This document shows positions 1 through 8,921 of a stretch of DNA of 46,902 nt, piece after piece; position 1 is the first letter of the stretch, and every line of letters starts with the position of its first letter. Below the pieces are notes generated by a model that searched no databases, was not told the origin of the DNA, and saw only the letters and a list, made by a program, of their open reading frames with translations. A program made the position numbers and the translations under genes. The stretch covers positions 1 through 46,902 of IMG/VR virus record IMGVR_UViG_3300020440_000025; one strand, written 5' to 3'. Origin of the DNA: a virus. Its lineage: Duplodnaviria; Caudoviricetes.

Positions 1-300
1 AGAGCTAGAGAAAGTTAGATCTGCAAAGTCTGTCAAAGCGGTGGTGCTTGATGTCGTAGGAGTTACGTTTGTTAACGCTGAACCCCCAGAACTATAACCA
101 GTACCTGATGCTTCGTTGCTTGTTGTGAACGCTGTCGTAGCGGCTCCCAAACTAGCACTGCTGGTATACAAAGCTAACTTAAATGCATTACCGGACCCGG
201 TTGACGTTGTTGTTCCACCACCTGATCCACTCGTAAAATTATGTACACCTTGAAGCAATTCTTGCTTGAAAGACGTACACATTGCTTGACTGATAGCCAT
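1..300 (-). CDS. Phage tail/structural protein, truncated at the window start
   Basis: Hand-translated, not in the ORF track. ATG at 300 gives MAISQAMCTSFKQELLQGVHNF...FKLALYTSSASLGAATTAF..., open to position 1. It overlaps the stop of the upstream ORF (TAATG). Ser/Thr/Gly-rich, like virion proteins. Confidence 0.75.
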   Translation of the reverse strand, partial: MAISQAMCTSFKQELLQGVHNFTSGSGGGTTTSTGSGNAFKLALYTSSASLGAATTAFTTSNEASGTGYSSGGSALTNVTPTTSSTTALTDFADLTFSSS

Positions 301-590
301 TACAGTTTCCTCAATATTTCAGCCATATCATCATGACCTTGTTTTTTAAATTCATTATAAAGAGTAGTTCTATCACTTTTAATACCTTGATTCAAAGCAT
401 GAACAATGACATGAAACATTCTTTCTCTAAACATTTCTGCTTGTTGTCTCAATACAGGATCAGCGCTGTCAGCAATGTTAATAATCTTAGCCACAGCGTT
501 TGCTGCTAGTTCCTCTGACGTATGTCCTCTTTCAGAAGTAGTCTGAACATTAATACTACCGGGCTCCATTTTTACTTCTAAATCAAACAT
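300..590 (-). CDS. Hypothetical late-operon protein (96 aa)
   Basis: Tightly packed in the minus-strand structural operon. Confidence 0.7.
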   Translation of the reverse strand: MFDLEVKMEPGSINVQTTSERGHTSEELAANAVAKIINIADSADPVLRQQAEMFRERMFHVIVHALNQGIKSDRTTLYNEFKKQGHDDMAEILRKL

Positions 591-592
591 GC

Positions 593-1228
593 TTAATTCC
601 TAGCAATATCAAATCTGTATTCATCCCTGGCTCCGTACCCTTCACCCAATCTCTTTAAGCTTTGAAGCGCCATATCAAACCTTTGCTGATACAAAGGTAT
701 TTCCTCTGGTGCTTTTAAGAAAGTAGCTGCTTCTACCAAAGTTCCATAAAGCAAGGCATCCGGTGCGTTGTCAGATATCCAGGTGGTTCCACTGTCAGCG
801 CCTGCAGTCAATGACGCTGGCCTATATTTGTAGTGGAGTTCAACTGTGTAAGTTGAATCAGGCGTTGGCCCAATAATAAATGTATTGTCATCAAACAAAG
901 CATAGTATTTAGGCAATCCGGTTGTAGAAGCATTGGGTGTGTAATCTCTTATAAACGACACATGTTTGAACAGTAGATAAGAATAAACACTGCTTGATAT
1001 CACAGCCAAACTGTACGATGAGAGAAAGTCATCGGGCGTTGATAGGTAAGTATTGCCTGAACCCAGAGTACCTGTCTGATTCTTTCTGAACACAGGCATC
1101 TCTACGTTCTTTAAAATTCTTTCTTCAGCCTCTTTAATAAAGGTCGGAAGCGTGGAAACAAAAGTTGTTTCTGATGTTTCGCAATAGTTCTGAACTGCTG
1201 TTTTTAAAGTTGCAAGTGTAAAACTCAT
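593..1228 (-). CDS. Head-tail adaptor / tail tubular protein A-like
   Basis: 211 aa. Motifs FIKEAEERI, GLPKYYA, IGPTPD..YTVELHY and PDALLYGTLVEA are typical of podovirus adaptor proteins; lies downstream of the capsid gene. Confidence 0.7.
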   Translation of the reverse strand: MSFTLATLKTAVQNYCETSETTFVSTLPTFIKEAEERILKNVEMPVFRKNQTGTLGSGNTYLSTPDDFLSSYSLAVISSSVYSYLLFKHVSFIRDYTPNASTTGLPKYYALFDDNTFIIGPTPDSTYTVELHYKYRPASLTAGADSGTTWISDNAPDALLYGTLVEAATFLKAPEEIPLYQQRFDMALQSLKRLGEGYGARDEYRFDIARN

Positions 1229-1563
1229 ACTGTCACCGTCACTGTTCCTACGCTTATTGTAACCTCTATTCCATCAAAAGCAGAACCTATTGAGTCTCCA
1301 GTAACTGTAATCATTCGATTAGGATCAATGGTTCTAACAACACCAGCCCCAGCCACTCGTGAAGCAGGCACAGAGGGTCTTGGGTTCTTTAATGCTTGAG
1401 GATCTACCAGATGTCTTGGAGGATCTAATTGAGGATGCTTGGGCTCGTAGCACTCAGAACAAACTCTGAACCCTGTCCATTCTTTTCTTAACTTGGTGTA
1501 CTTGTATCTGAAACCACATCTATCACATATGGCAACTGAGTATCTACCAGATGCATAGGCCAT
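1225..1563 (-). CDS. Small Cys-motif protein of the structural operon
   Basis: Paired CxxC motifs (CDRCGF...VCSECYEPKHPQ); overlaps both neighbours. Confidence 0.7.
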   Translation of the reverse strand: MAYASGRYSVAICDRCGFRYKYTKLRKEWTGFRVCSECYEPKHPQLDPPRHLVDPQALKNPRPSVPASRVAGAGVVRTIDPNRMITVTGDSIGSAFDGIEVTISVGTVTVTV

Positions 1564-2243
1564 CAGGCTCTCCTGGTAGTGGAGAGAGCAGGAGCGACTC
1601 TTAACGAAGCTCTACTGCTATCCTGATCTGCTGCCCTCTGAAATTCTTCTTCGTAAAAACCTTTTAACATTTGAACCCTATCAGGAGCTCGTTTAAGTGC
1701 AATGTAATAAGACAATCCAGCCGCTAAACAAGGATAGAATCTAAACGGCATATCGACTGTGTTCACACTCGCATCTGCATCTTCAATTCTAACTAGTCTA
1801 TTGATCAGCACTTGGTCAGTGCTGTTCTCAGCGGCAGGCCAGAAGTACAGCCTAGGCGTTATCTGTTTGTCTAAAAACCATTGAGTTGGTCTGGCTTTCG
1901 TAGATTTATTAGGAATGTTCCAGTATTCAGAACGACTGACTTGTTCCATTGAGATATCGGTAGTAGTGCTTCCCTCCGTTCTTCTCAACACAACATCGAG
2001 TACATCAATTGTGGTAGATGTTAAGTCAATAAATTCAGCAGCTTCAGTTAATGTAGTTGTCGTATTGGTGACTGTCCATTGGTTTAAACCACGGTTAGCC
2101 CAATCGGCAAATAGGAGATTGAGGGATCTCCTTGCGGTGACCCCATCATATCCTGTGCGAAACTCAAGACCGCATCGTTCAAATGCTTCTTCTATGTATT
2201 CCGCAACATCTGGTTCAAAGTCTCTAGATCCTGACGTAGCCAT
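1563..2243 (-). CDS. Head-tail adaptor / head completion protein
   Basis: 226 aa, MATSG...IEEAFERCG...ARRSLNLLFADWANRGLNQWT; adaptor-like, between head and tail genes. Confidence 0.65.
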   Translation of the reverse strand: MATSGSRDFEPDVAEYIEEAFERCGLEFRTGYDGVTARRSLNLLFADWANRGLNQWTVTNTTTTLTEAAEFIDLTSTTIDVLDVVLRRTEGSTTTDISMEQVSRSEYWNIPNKSTKARPTQWFLDKQITPRLYFWPAAENSTDQVLINRLVRIEDADASVNTVDMPFRFYPCLAAGLSYYIALKRAPDRVQMLKGFYEEEFQRAADQDSSRASLRVAPALSTTRRA

Positions 2244-2253
2244 TTATCATCCC

Positions 2254-2877
2254 TTATGAGAAGAACGTAGTCATTGCTGTTAAATCAGTTACAGCCGTGA
2301 AAGTTACATATCCTCCGCTCTTAAACAAAAGACCGTCATCTGGAATATCAGGATAAGAGTTAGTGCTTGCTCCAGCAACCGTTGCAAATTGCATAACAAT
2401 AGTCCCTGTAGCAGAACCTTCTCTAAACTTTAACGTTGCCGCACCACTTCCGTTAACTACATAAATACCACGCAGACGGCATCGTGATGCTGATATAACA
2501 CCAGCAATGCTTGTTCCAGAGCCTGCACTAACATTACCAGCAGGATCACCTACTGCAGTTATAGAGGTAATAGTGGCAAAAAACTTCGTGCCTGTGGCCG
2601 TGCCAGTATCAGCACCAGTTATAGACTCTGTGGCTGCAGTGCCTGATTCATCCGTACCAGCAACAGTAAAAGATATAGCACTGTCATCTCCGCCACTAAG
2701 AATGGTGACGTTTCTTGGAGAGTCAAAAGTAACAGACCCTCCAGAAGCTAAAGCACCTCCTAACGTCAATGCAGCGTTATTACCTACTGCAGCAGCAGTC
2801 GAAACACCGTCTGGATCTGCGGCAGCAGCAGTTATAAAGCTGGATGTTACGTCACTACCTATACTTTTAAAAGCCAT
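2254..2877 (-). CDS. Virion structural protein (Ala/Gly/Thr-rich)
   Basis: 207 aa with beta-rich composition, downstream of the capsid gene; RBS GAGG upstream. Confidence 0.65.
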   Translation of the reverse strand: MAFKSIGSDVTSSFITAAAADPDGVSTAAAVGNNAALTLGGALASGGSVTFDSPRNVTILSGGDDSAISFTVAGTDESGTAATESITGADTGTATGTKFFATITSITAVGDPAGNVSAGSGTSIAGVISASRCRLRGIYVVNGSGAATLKFREGSATGTIVMQFATVAGASTNSYPDIPDDGLLFKSGGYVTFTAVTDLTAMTTFFS

Positions 2878-2891
2878 AGTAGTTTACCTCT

Positions 2892-3608
2892 CTATCGTTC
2901 AACTGCCGCTAGAATGTAGTCAATTGTCATCGTCTTAGCTACAGCCTCACCATTCTGAATACCAAAGCTGACAGTAAGGTCTTCATCATCAGTGGCATTT
3001 GTTAGAGTGGCTTGAGTTGCAACTTGAACATCATTAATAAATATTTCAAACGCACCGCCACCGGAGGATGCAGATCCGCCAGTTGGGTTGTAATGAAATG
3101 ATGCTGTGACAAACGTATCATCGGCTATGGTAGCAACGGAGCTATTAGTGGTTGCAGAGTTATCTTTTTCAATGAGAAAGTCCATGGTTGCAGCACCATC
3201 AGCTTTTAAGAAAAAGAATCCATCTGTGGTATCAAGAGGTGTGGTATCAGTAATACCCAGGCCCATGACAAAATCAGATTGAGTTGCATCGCTTACTTTA
3301 AAACGTGCTGTAAAGAACATGTTCTTAGTTGCAACGTACTTGAAAGCCTCTCCTTTTAATTGAAGGAAGTCCAAATCGTTGTCACCAGCAGCGTTTGTAA
3401 TAAGCAATAAGCCGCCTGCTCCAGAAGCCAATGCTTCAGTCGCGCTTCCTGTACCAGCTTCAGTGGTAGTAATCGTCCACTCATCAGCATGATAAGTAAG
3501 GAAATCATTAAAGTAAGTAACATACTTAGTAGGATCTAAGTATGGGAATTGAAATAAAGGGTTTCCGGGTACTTGGTTAGAAACACCAGTTCTAAAATGT
3601 GTAGGCAT
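2892..3608 (-). CDS. Virion structural protein (possible capsid decoration/spike)
   Basis: ORF track 2892..3629. The likely start is ATG 3608 (MPTHF), after AGGAGG. Acidic and beta-rich; immediately follows the MCP gene. Confidence 0.65.
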   Translation of the reverse strand: MPTHFRTGVSNQVPGNPLFQFPYLDPTKYVTYFNDFLTYHADEWTITTTEAGTGSATEALASGAGGLLLITNAAGDNDLDFLQLKGEAFKYVATKNMFFTARFKVSDATQSDFVMGLGITDTTPLDTTDGFFFLKADGAATMDFLIEKDNSATTNSSVATIADDTFVTASFHYNPTGGSASSGGGAFEIFINDVQVATQATLTNATDDEDLTVSFGIQNGEAVAKTMTIDYILAAVER

Positions 3609-3653
3609 AACAGTTCCTCCTAGAACCAACGCAATGCGTCATTATACACGATC

Positions 3654-3680
3654 AACAAAAGGTGGCTTTTCAGCCACCTT
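3654..3680 (-). terminator. Intrinsic terminator downstream of the major capsid gene
   Basis: Minus strand reads AAGGTGGCT-GAAA-AGCCACCTT followed by TTGTT. Confidence 0.6.
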
Positions 3681-3702
3681 CCATTGTTTCACATGAAACT
3701 TA

Positions 3703-4611
3703 TTAAGCTCCTTGAGATCCAAACACACAACGAGGGTTGCTGAATCCGAATGAGTAACGCTCTCTAGCCTTGTAGCGAACATTACCAGTATCGAAGTCAC
3801 CTTCCATCGAGGTGGTGATTGGGGTTCTTTCAAAGTGCTTAAACCCATCGGGGCAGTCAGTCAAGATAAAGAATGCATCGGTATCCGTCAGGAAGTGGTT
3901 GACTGCATAGCCTTCTGGCAAGAGTCCCATATTCCTGATTGCGTTGATGTCGTTATCTGCTGTTCCCACTCTTCCGGGAGTTTCAAGCAGTCTGTCAGCA
4001 ACAAACTGAAGTTGTGGCGGAACAATTAACTTAGTTCCTTTCATAGCTAGAATCATGTTTCTATCGTCAACAAAAGTTGAGATATTGATTAAAGCGTTTT
4101 CCAATGACGTTTCGTTAAGATCCGCCATGGTGGTAGCTCTGTTAGCTAGGGTTCCACCGTGAGCAAGGGGGTGATCTGTGGCAATCAATGATTTGCCGTC
4201 ACCGCCTGCAAAGCTTGAGCTAAACGCATTATTCAATACGTTAGCAGCTTTAACCTGCTTGGTGTGTGCCATGCTTCTTGCAAGAGCCTTTGTATAACGA
4301 GCGCCAAGCCTGTCATAAAGGTTGTCTTCTACCGCTTCCTCAGTCAAAGAAAACGCAAGAGCTACTGTTTCGTGAGTGTAACGAGCCGTGAAACCTTCAC
4401 TAGCGCTGTCGAATTCAACGCCTTGGCCTTCTTCTTTAACAGAAGCATTGCCAAAGCCAACGATCAGCACTTCTTCTTCAAACGCTCTGTCTGAAGATTC
4501 GGTATCAAAGATCTCAGCATGTTCGTTTTCATAACGATCATACTCCATGCCAAATAAGGCATTAAGACCGGGCTCAAGTTCTTTCGCTAGTTGTGCGCGT
4601 GAAATTGCCAT
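3703..4611 (-). CDS. Major capsid protein (Mu gpT-like, HK97 fold)
   Basis: 302 aa, MAISRAQLAKELEPGLNALFG...LIVPPQL...EGDFDTGNVRYKARERYSFG, a recognisable capsid family of aquatic podoviruses. Confidence 0.9.
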   Translation of the reverse strand: MAISRAQLAKELEPGLNALFGMEYDRYENEHAEIFDTESSDRAFEEEVLIVGFGNASVKEEGQGVEFDSASEGFTARYTHETVALAFSLTEEAVEDNLYDRLGARYTKALARSMAHTKQVKAANVLNNAFSSSFAGGDGKSLIATDHPLAHGGTLANRATTMADLNETSLENALINISTFVDDRNMILAMKGTKLIVPPQLQFVADRLLETPGRVGTADNDINAIRNMGLLPEGYAVNHFLTDTDAFFILTDCPDGFKHFERTPITTSMEGDFDTGNVRYKARERYSFGFSNPRCVFGSQGA

Positions 4612-4626
4612 CTATTCAGCCTCCTA

Positions 4627-5235
4627 TTACGCTAAACCAACTGCTTTAGCACCAAACAGATGATTCTGTATGGTAACAAGCACGTTGGTATTGGCTGTAC
4701 TTACATCTGAATTTTCAGGATCTTGTGAAATATCCAGGGCTTTTACTGGCAATGTCGCTGTTGTAGCTCCGGTAGAAACATCAAGTTCTACATAAGAAAT
4801 ACCGCTTGCGGTGCTTCCTGTTCCAGTGTTGTCAACAATATCGAAATTACCAAACAAGTCAGCAACAGGGAAAGCCGCATCAGCTTGCATCTCGAACACA
4901 TCCATAGGACTGTCGTAGATAAAAGCTACTGCATCAGTGGCCGCGTTTCCGGGCCAGTAATTGCTCCATGTAGGCTTGCTTGTGGTTGGATCAGTATAAA
5001 AACATCCGTTAAATACGCCAACAATGAGAGCGCTGGTAGCACTACCACCGTCTGCTCTAGCGATCCTAGTAACAATACCACCAGTATCTTGAGTGACAAT
5101 GTCACCCTGATATATGTTGGTAGTGTTGGTCGCTGCAGAAGTCGTTAGTCTATAACGAGACTGTCCTGAAGAGTTATAATTACCCTGCAGGTTACGCACA
5201 TAACGAAGTCCAAAAGGCGTGTCTTGATTTGCCAT
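4627..5235 (-). CDS. Head decoration / minor capsid protein
   Basis: 202 aa (MANQDTPFGLR...GVFNGCFYTDP), immediately upstream of MCP with a strong AGGAG RBS. Confidence 0.6.
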   Translation of the reverse strand: MANQDTPFGLRYVRNLQGNYNSSGQSRYRLTTSAATNTTNIYQGDIVTQDTGGIVTRIARADGGSATSALIVGVFNGCFYTDPTTSKPTWSNYWPGNAATDAVAFIYDSPMDVFEMQADAAFPVADLFGNFDIVDNTGTGSTASGISYVELDVSTGATTATLPVKALDISQDPENSDVSTANTNVLVTIQNHLFGAKAVGLA

Positions 5236-5264
5236 TCTTCATTCTCCTATAACACAATCAAAAA

Positions 5265-5738
5265 TTAATCGTTTTTACCAGAAGCACCAAATGTAACTTT
5301 ACTTTTACGGTCATTAGAAATCGGCATACGAGGATCGTTTTCACGCATTAAGTTATTATCGACAGCTTTCATCTGATTTTCAGTCTGCTGTTCGTAATAA
5401 GCGTTTCGTTCATCTACCGTTTCTTTCGGTATCTTGGCAAGAATCAGACCGCCAACGCCCACAGTTCCAGCGTGTTTTCCTTCTTCAACTGTAGGCAAAT
5501 CGTAGCCTTCAACTTCAGACGGATGCACAGGCTCATAACCTTCCTGAAACCTTTTGTGTACATTGGTCTTGTCATCCTCATTTCTAATATGAGTTCTTAC
5601 CCACCGATAAACCATTCCAGGCGGTGGCTCTGGTGTTTCCAAGGCTTGAGGCGGCTTCCAAGGTTGCCGTGCCGCTTTCGTACTCCTAGAGTTTTGACTT
5701 CTAGGGGCTCTGTTCGATCCAGCTTTCTTTTCTGTCAT
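5265..5738 (-). CDS. Conserved head-module protein
   Basis: 157 aa, WKPPQAL..P.PPPG..YRWVR...GVGGLILAKIP; lies between scaffold and capsid genes. Confidence 0.65.
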   Translation of the reverse strand: MTEKKAGSNRAPRSQNSRSTKAARQPWKPPQALETPEPPPGMVYRWVRTHIRNEDDKTNVHKRFQEGYEPVHPSEVEGYDLPTVEEGKHAGTVGVGGLILAKIPKETVDERNAYYEQQTENQMKAVDNNLMRENDPRMPISNDRKSKVTFGASGKND

Positions 5739-6823
5739 GATGCCTCTAACCTCATTTTTTGTTTTGCGTATTCCTTGAACGGCACACCTAGCTTCTTGGC
5801 TAACGCCTGTTCACTAGGGGTCAGTTCAACCCTACGATCTTTTTGACTGCGTCCATTTCCTGTTGTGCGCGTACCGGAAACTACGGTTTGGACGGGTTTT
5901 CCGCTGTTTCCTGCGTTGCTTGACGCTTGGAACCTGTTTGGAAGTTCTTCGCGTAATTTATTGTCAAGTTGAGAATAGTATTCATCAGACTCTAAGTCAA
6001 TGCCAGTTTGTGCTAAGTCTTGATGTATTGCCATCGCAACATTAGTCATTATCTTATCGACACCAAACCAATCATTCTTTTGCGCCCAGCTTTGTGCTTT
6101 CTGAGATGGTTCTGCGTACTGCGGTTGGGCTGGTGATTGAGAATATTTTGGTTCTTGATAATTTGGAAATTCTTCTCTTACTTTATTTTCTGCTTGATTA
6201 TATGAATCAAGTTCTTGTTCGTACTTCTCAAGATCTCTTTTGTATTGATTTAAAGATCCTCTATCTGCTTCGGCTCTGGCTAACTGTTGTTGAGCTTCAA
6301 CCATTAAATCTTGATTGCCTGACTCGTATGCAGTTTTGAGTGCTACCTTTGCAGCATCAACTTGTGCATCAACCCTGCCTTCAAACTCATTGCTGTAATT
6401 CTTTGATATAGCAAGATTTTCTTTAGCAGTGGTTTGATTGCTTAATTGCATTTGAGTAGAAAGTTTTTTGTTTTCTTCCTGCAATTGTTTAGCAAATTGA
6501 AGTGCTTGAAGTTCTCTGCGTTGAAAGTCTTTAGCCTGCTTAACCGCTTGGTTTATTCGGCCTTGAGCTTTCTTAGCTTCTTTTTCAACTTCAGAAAGTT
6601 CTACATCATCTTCGCCAAGCGCACCTTCTTCAAAGTCATCTTTAACTTTGTCATCTGTGATTGGCGCAACGTCTTTTAAATCATCATCGTCTAAATCAAT
6701 AAAAGTAGAACCTTCTTGAATTTCATCAACTGATTCTCTTTTATGTTCTGGGACTGCTGCTTTTTGAATGTTATCGTCATTCAAGTTAGATAGTGCTTCA
6801 CTTAAAGTTTCTTGCTCTGACAT
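5735..6823 (-). CDS. Putative capsid scaffolding protein
   Basis: 362 aa with an acidic N-terminus, a long coiled coil and a C-terminal LTPSEQALAKKLGVPFKEYAK helix; upstream of MCP. Confidence 0.65.
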   Translation of the reverse strand: MSEQETLSEALSNLNDDNIQKAAVPEHKRESVDEIQEGSTFIDLDDDDLKDVAPITDDKVKDDFEEGALGEDDVELSEVEKEAKKAQGRINQAVKQAKDFQRRELQALQFAKQLQEENKKLSTQMQLSNQTTAKENLAISKNYSNEFEGRVDAQVDAAKVALKTAYESGNQDLMVEAQQQLARAEADRGSLNQYKRDLEKYEQELDSYNQAENKVREEFPNYQEPKYSQSPAQPQYAEPSQKAQSWAQKNDWFGVDKIMTNVAMAIHQDLAQTGIDLESDEYYSQLDNKLREELPNRFQASSNAGNSGKPVQTVVSGTRTTGNGRSQKDRRVELTPSEQALAKKLGVPFKEYAKQKMRLEAS

Positions 6824-6831
6824 AATTTACC

Positions 6832-7272
6832 TCACAACGCTTTAATATCATCAGGATCTAGGATAGTGCCAATCACTTCATCATCATTGATGATTCGTAC
6901 TTCAGCATCATCTTCTAGAGAAAAACGAGCGCCAGCATATCTGCCGATTAGCACCCAGTCGCCTTTCTTGCACCAAGGGACACAAGCAAATTTGCTTTCA
7001 TCCTGATAAGCAAGAGGTCCAACTTTAAGCACATAAGCGACTACAGTAGCTAGGCTTTCACGATCAGTTGTCTGTTTGGTTAACAGAATCCCTGCATCTG
7101 TTTTTCCTTTCCCTTTGTAAGGTAATACAAGTAAACGCCATCCCACAGGGTTTGGCATTCTTTCAATCAGAGATTTATCAAGAACAGTTGGGTCCAAGAT
7201 CTTACTCTCTTCTGGTATGTATGCGTCCGTTAAGGACGGTTTTGCGACAGTATCTGTTGCCAGATCACTCAT
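6832..7272 (-). CDS. groES: Co-chaperonin GroES-like protein
   Basis: PVGWRLLV...KTDAGILL...VLKVGPLAY...KKGDWVLIGRYAG...RIINDDEVIG matches the Cpn10 pattern. ORF track start is 7287; the likely start is 7272. Confidence 0.85.
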   Translation of the reverse strand: MSDLATDTVAKPSLTDAYIPEESKILDPTVLDKSLIERMPNPVGWRLLVLPYKGKGKTDAGILLTKQTTDRESLATVVAYVLKVGPLAYQDESKFACVPWCKKGDWVLIGRYAGARFSLEDDAEVRIINDDEVIGTILDPDDIKAL

Positions 7273-7462
7273 CGAAGTCTCCTTCACTTTGCAGCGCTTT
7301 CTTTAGCTCGTCTTGCAGGGTGCGAAGCGCAGACAATTCACCCATGACGAATCGATAATCCTCCATGTCTTTGATGTTACCGCTTGAGATATAACTTACT
7401 CTGTCTGACTCAAGCTGCTTTATCTTCTCATGTATGTAGTTTGCTAAGTTTACTGAATCCAT
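7265..7462 (-). CDS. Small hypothetical protein (65 aa)
   Basis: Overlaps both neighbours in the head operon. Confidence 0.7.
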   Translation of the reverse strand: MDSVNLANYIHEKIKQLESDRVSYISSGNIKDMEDYRFVMGELSALRTLQDELKKALQSEGDFDE

Positions 7463-8745
7463 TAACTGGCTGTACCGCCTTCATCTTCTTTGCCTACAAC
7501 GTCAGCCATTCCAAAATAATTAGCTGGAGCCATGCCTATGATATTAGAAAGAGATGGATTAGGAGAGCTCATGCCAGCATAAGGCATAGCAGGTGCTTCT
7601 CCGAAATACCCTTTGTATTCAGGGTTTCCATAGTTTCCGCCATAACTCGTTTCTTGTCCGCCATAACCACCATAACCTTTGTTAGGCTGTTCAGGCATAG
7701 GCTGGCCACCTCCCCCTCCAGACATATAACCGGGGAATCCAGATGCTTCTATCGCTTGTCTGTAAGCTCCGCCACTAGTTTCTTGGTTAGGGTCGTATCC
7801 AAGTATTTGTTTTAAAAGAGATTCTATACCTGACCCTGACTCAGCCCCTTCCATCTGACTTAAAGTTTGAAGGGCTCTTTCTATAGTAGGAGTTTCAGTT
7901 TTACCATAATCCGTAGCAACACTACTGCCTGCAGAAATTGGATTGCCTGCTCGATCAAGCATGCCTAATCTATTAGCTACTCTTCGATAGATACCACCGC
8001 CCAACATTCCTCTTTGATCTTCTGTTAGTTGATCAGACTCACCGGATAAAATTTTATCAATAACATCCCTCGCAGCCCCTTCATCAGCAACACCGATTTG
8101 GCTGTAAAGCATTTCAAGGGGGCTCATGGCTTCTCCACCCTCATTCATACGCATGACTTTACCGGGCATTCTAGGCATTGAAGGTCCAACTTGATCGAAC
8201 ATGCCATCAGGATTTATTCCGCCTCCACCACGAGCTACGACATCTTCATAGTTACGTCTGGCATCTTGCAGACGACTTTGATCGAAAGGACTCATAAGTT
8301 TACTAGGATCTATTTTTGATATATCAAAGGGCTCGTATTTATCTGATGTAGGAGAACCAAGATCATCTCTTCTTGGGCCAGTTCCTCTTCCTCTTAACTT
8401 TTCTCTAAGCATATCCATCATTTCTTGAGGAGATCGTTTAGATTCTGGTGGTCTAGTTCTTCGACCTGATCTTCCTTTAAAAATATCTTCAATAGTTTTG
8501 CTTTTGGGAGATGGTCTAGTTGGCATGTCTGGAGTTCTGCCTATTGGTCCTCTTGGTTCAGGAGATCGGCCCCTTAATCTATCAAGAAGGTCAGTAAGAT
8601 CAATTTTATCCCCACCACCCCTTCTTGGCATGTCAGGCATATCTCTTCTGGGCATTGGCCTAGGCATATTTCTTCTGGGCATTGGTCTGGGCATTCTATC
8701 GAACAAATCATCGTAATCCATTGGTGATCCTGGCCTTTGACTCAT
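7462..8745 (-). CDS. Low-complexity Met/Pro/Arg/Gly-rich protein (427 aa)
   Basis: MPRPMPRR repeats and an MNEGG motif; lies between portal and groES. Confidence 0.7.
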   Translation of the reverse strand: MSQRPGSPMDYDDLFDRMPRPMPRRNMPRPMPRRDMPDMPRRGGGDKIDLTDLLDRLRGRSPEPRGPIGRTPDMPTRPSPKSKTIEDIFKGRSGRRTRPPESKRSPQEMMDMLREKLRGRGTGPRRDDLGSPTSDKYEPFDISKIDPSKLMSPFDQSRLQDARRNYEDVVARGGGGINPDGMFDQVGPSMPRMPGKVMRMNEGGEAMSPLEMLYSQIGVADEGAARDVIDKILSGESDQLTEDQRGMLGGGIYRRVANRLGMLDRAGNPISAGSSVATDYGKTETPTIERALQTLSQMEGAESGSGIESLLKQILGYDPNQETSGGAYRQAIEASGFPGYMSGGGGGQPMPEQPNKGYGGYGGQETSYGGNYGNPEYKGYFGEAPAMPYAGMSSPNPSLSNIIGMAPANYFGMADVVGKEDEGGTAS

Positions 8746-8919
8746 TTAATAGACTCCTGAGAACTTAGTGCCTCTCAATGCTGCACCACCGCCCCTAGCT
8801 TTACCTTTTCCCATACCGGGTTTTGAAGACGCATTGGTGGGCTCTTGCTTAATCTTCGCATAGTCCACTCTGCCTTGATCTTTAATAGTGAATCCGTCTT
8901 TCTCTACTTTATTCGTCAT
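8746..8919 (-). CDS. Small basic protein (57 aa)
   Basis: Hand-translated: MTNKVEKDGFTIKDQGRVDYAKIKQEPTNASSKPGMGKGKARGGGAALRGTKFSGVY. It fills the gap between the portal gene and the next ORF. Confidence 0.75.
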   Translation of the reverse strand: MTNKVEKDGFTIKDQGRVDYAKIKQEPTNASSKPGMGKGKARGGGAALRGTKFSGVY

Positions 8920-8921
8920 GA

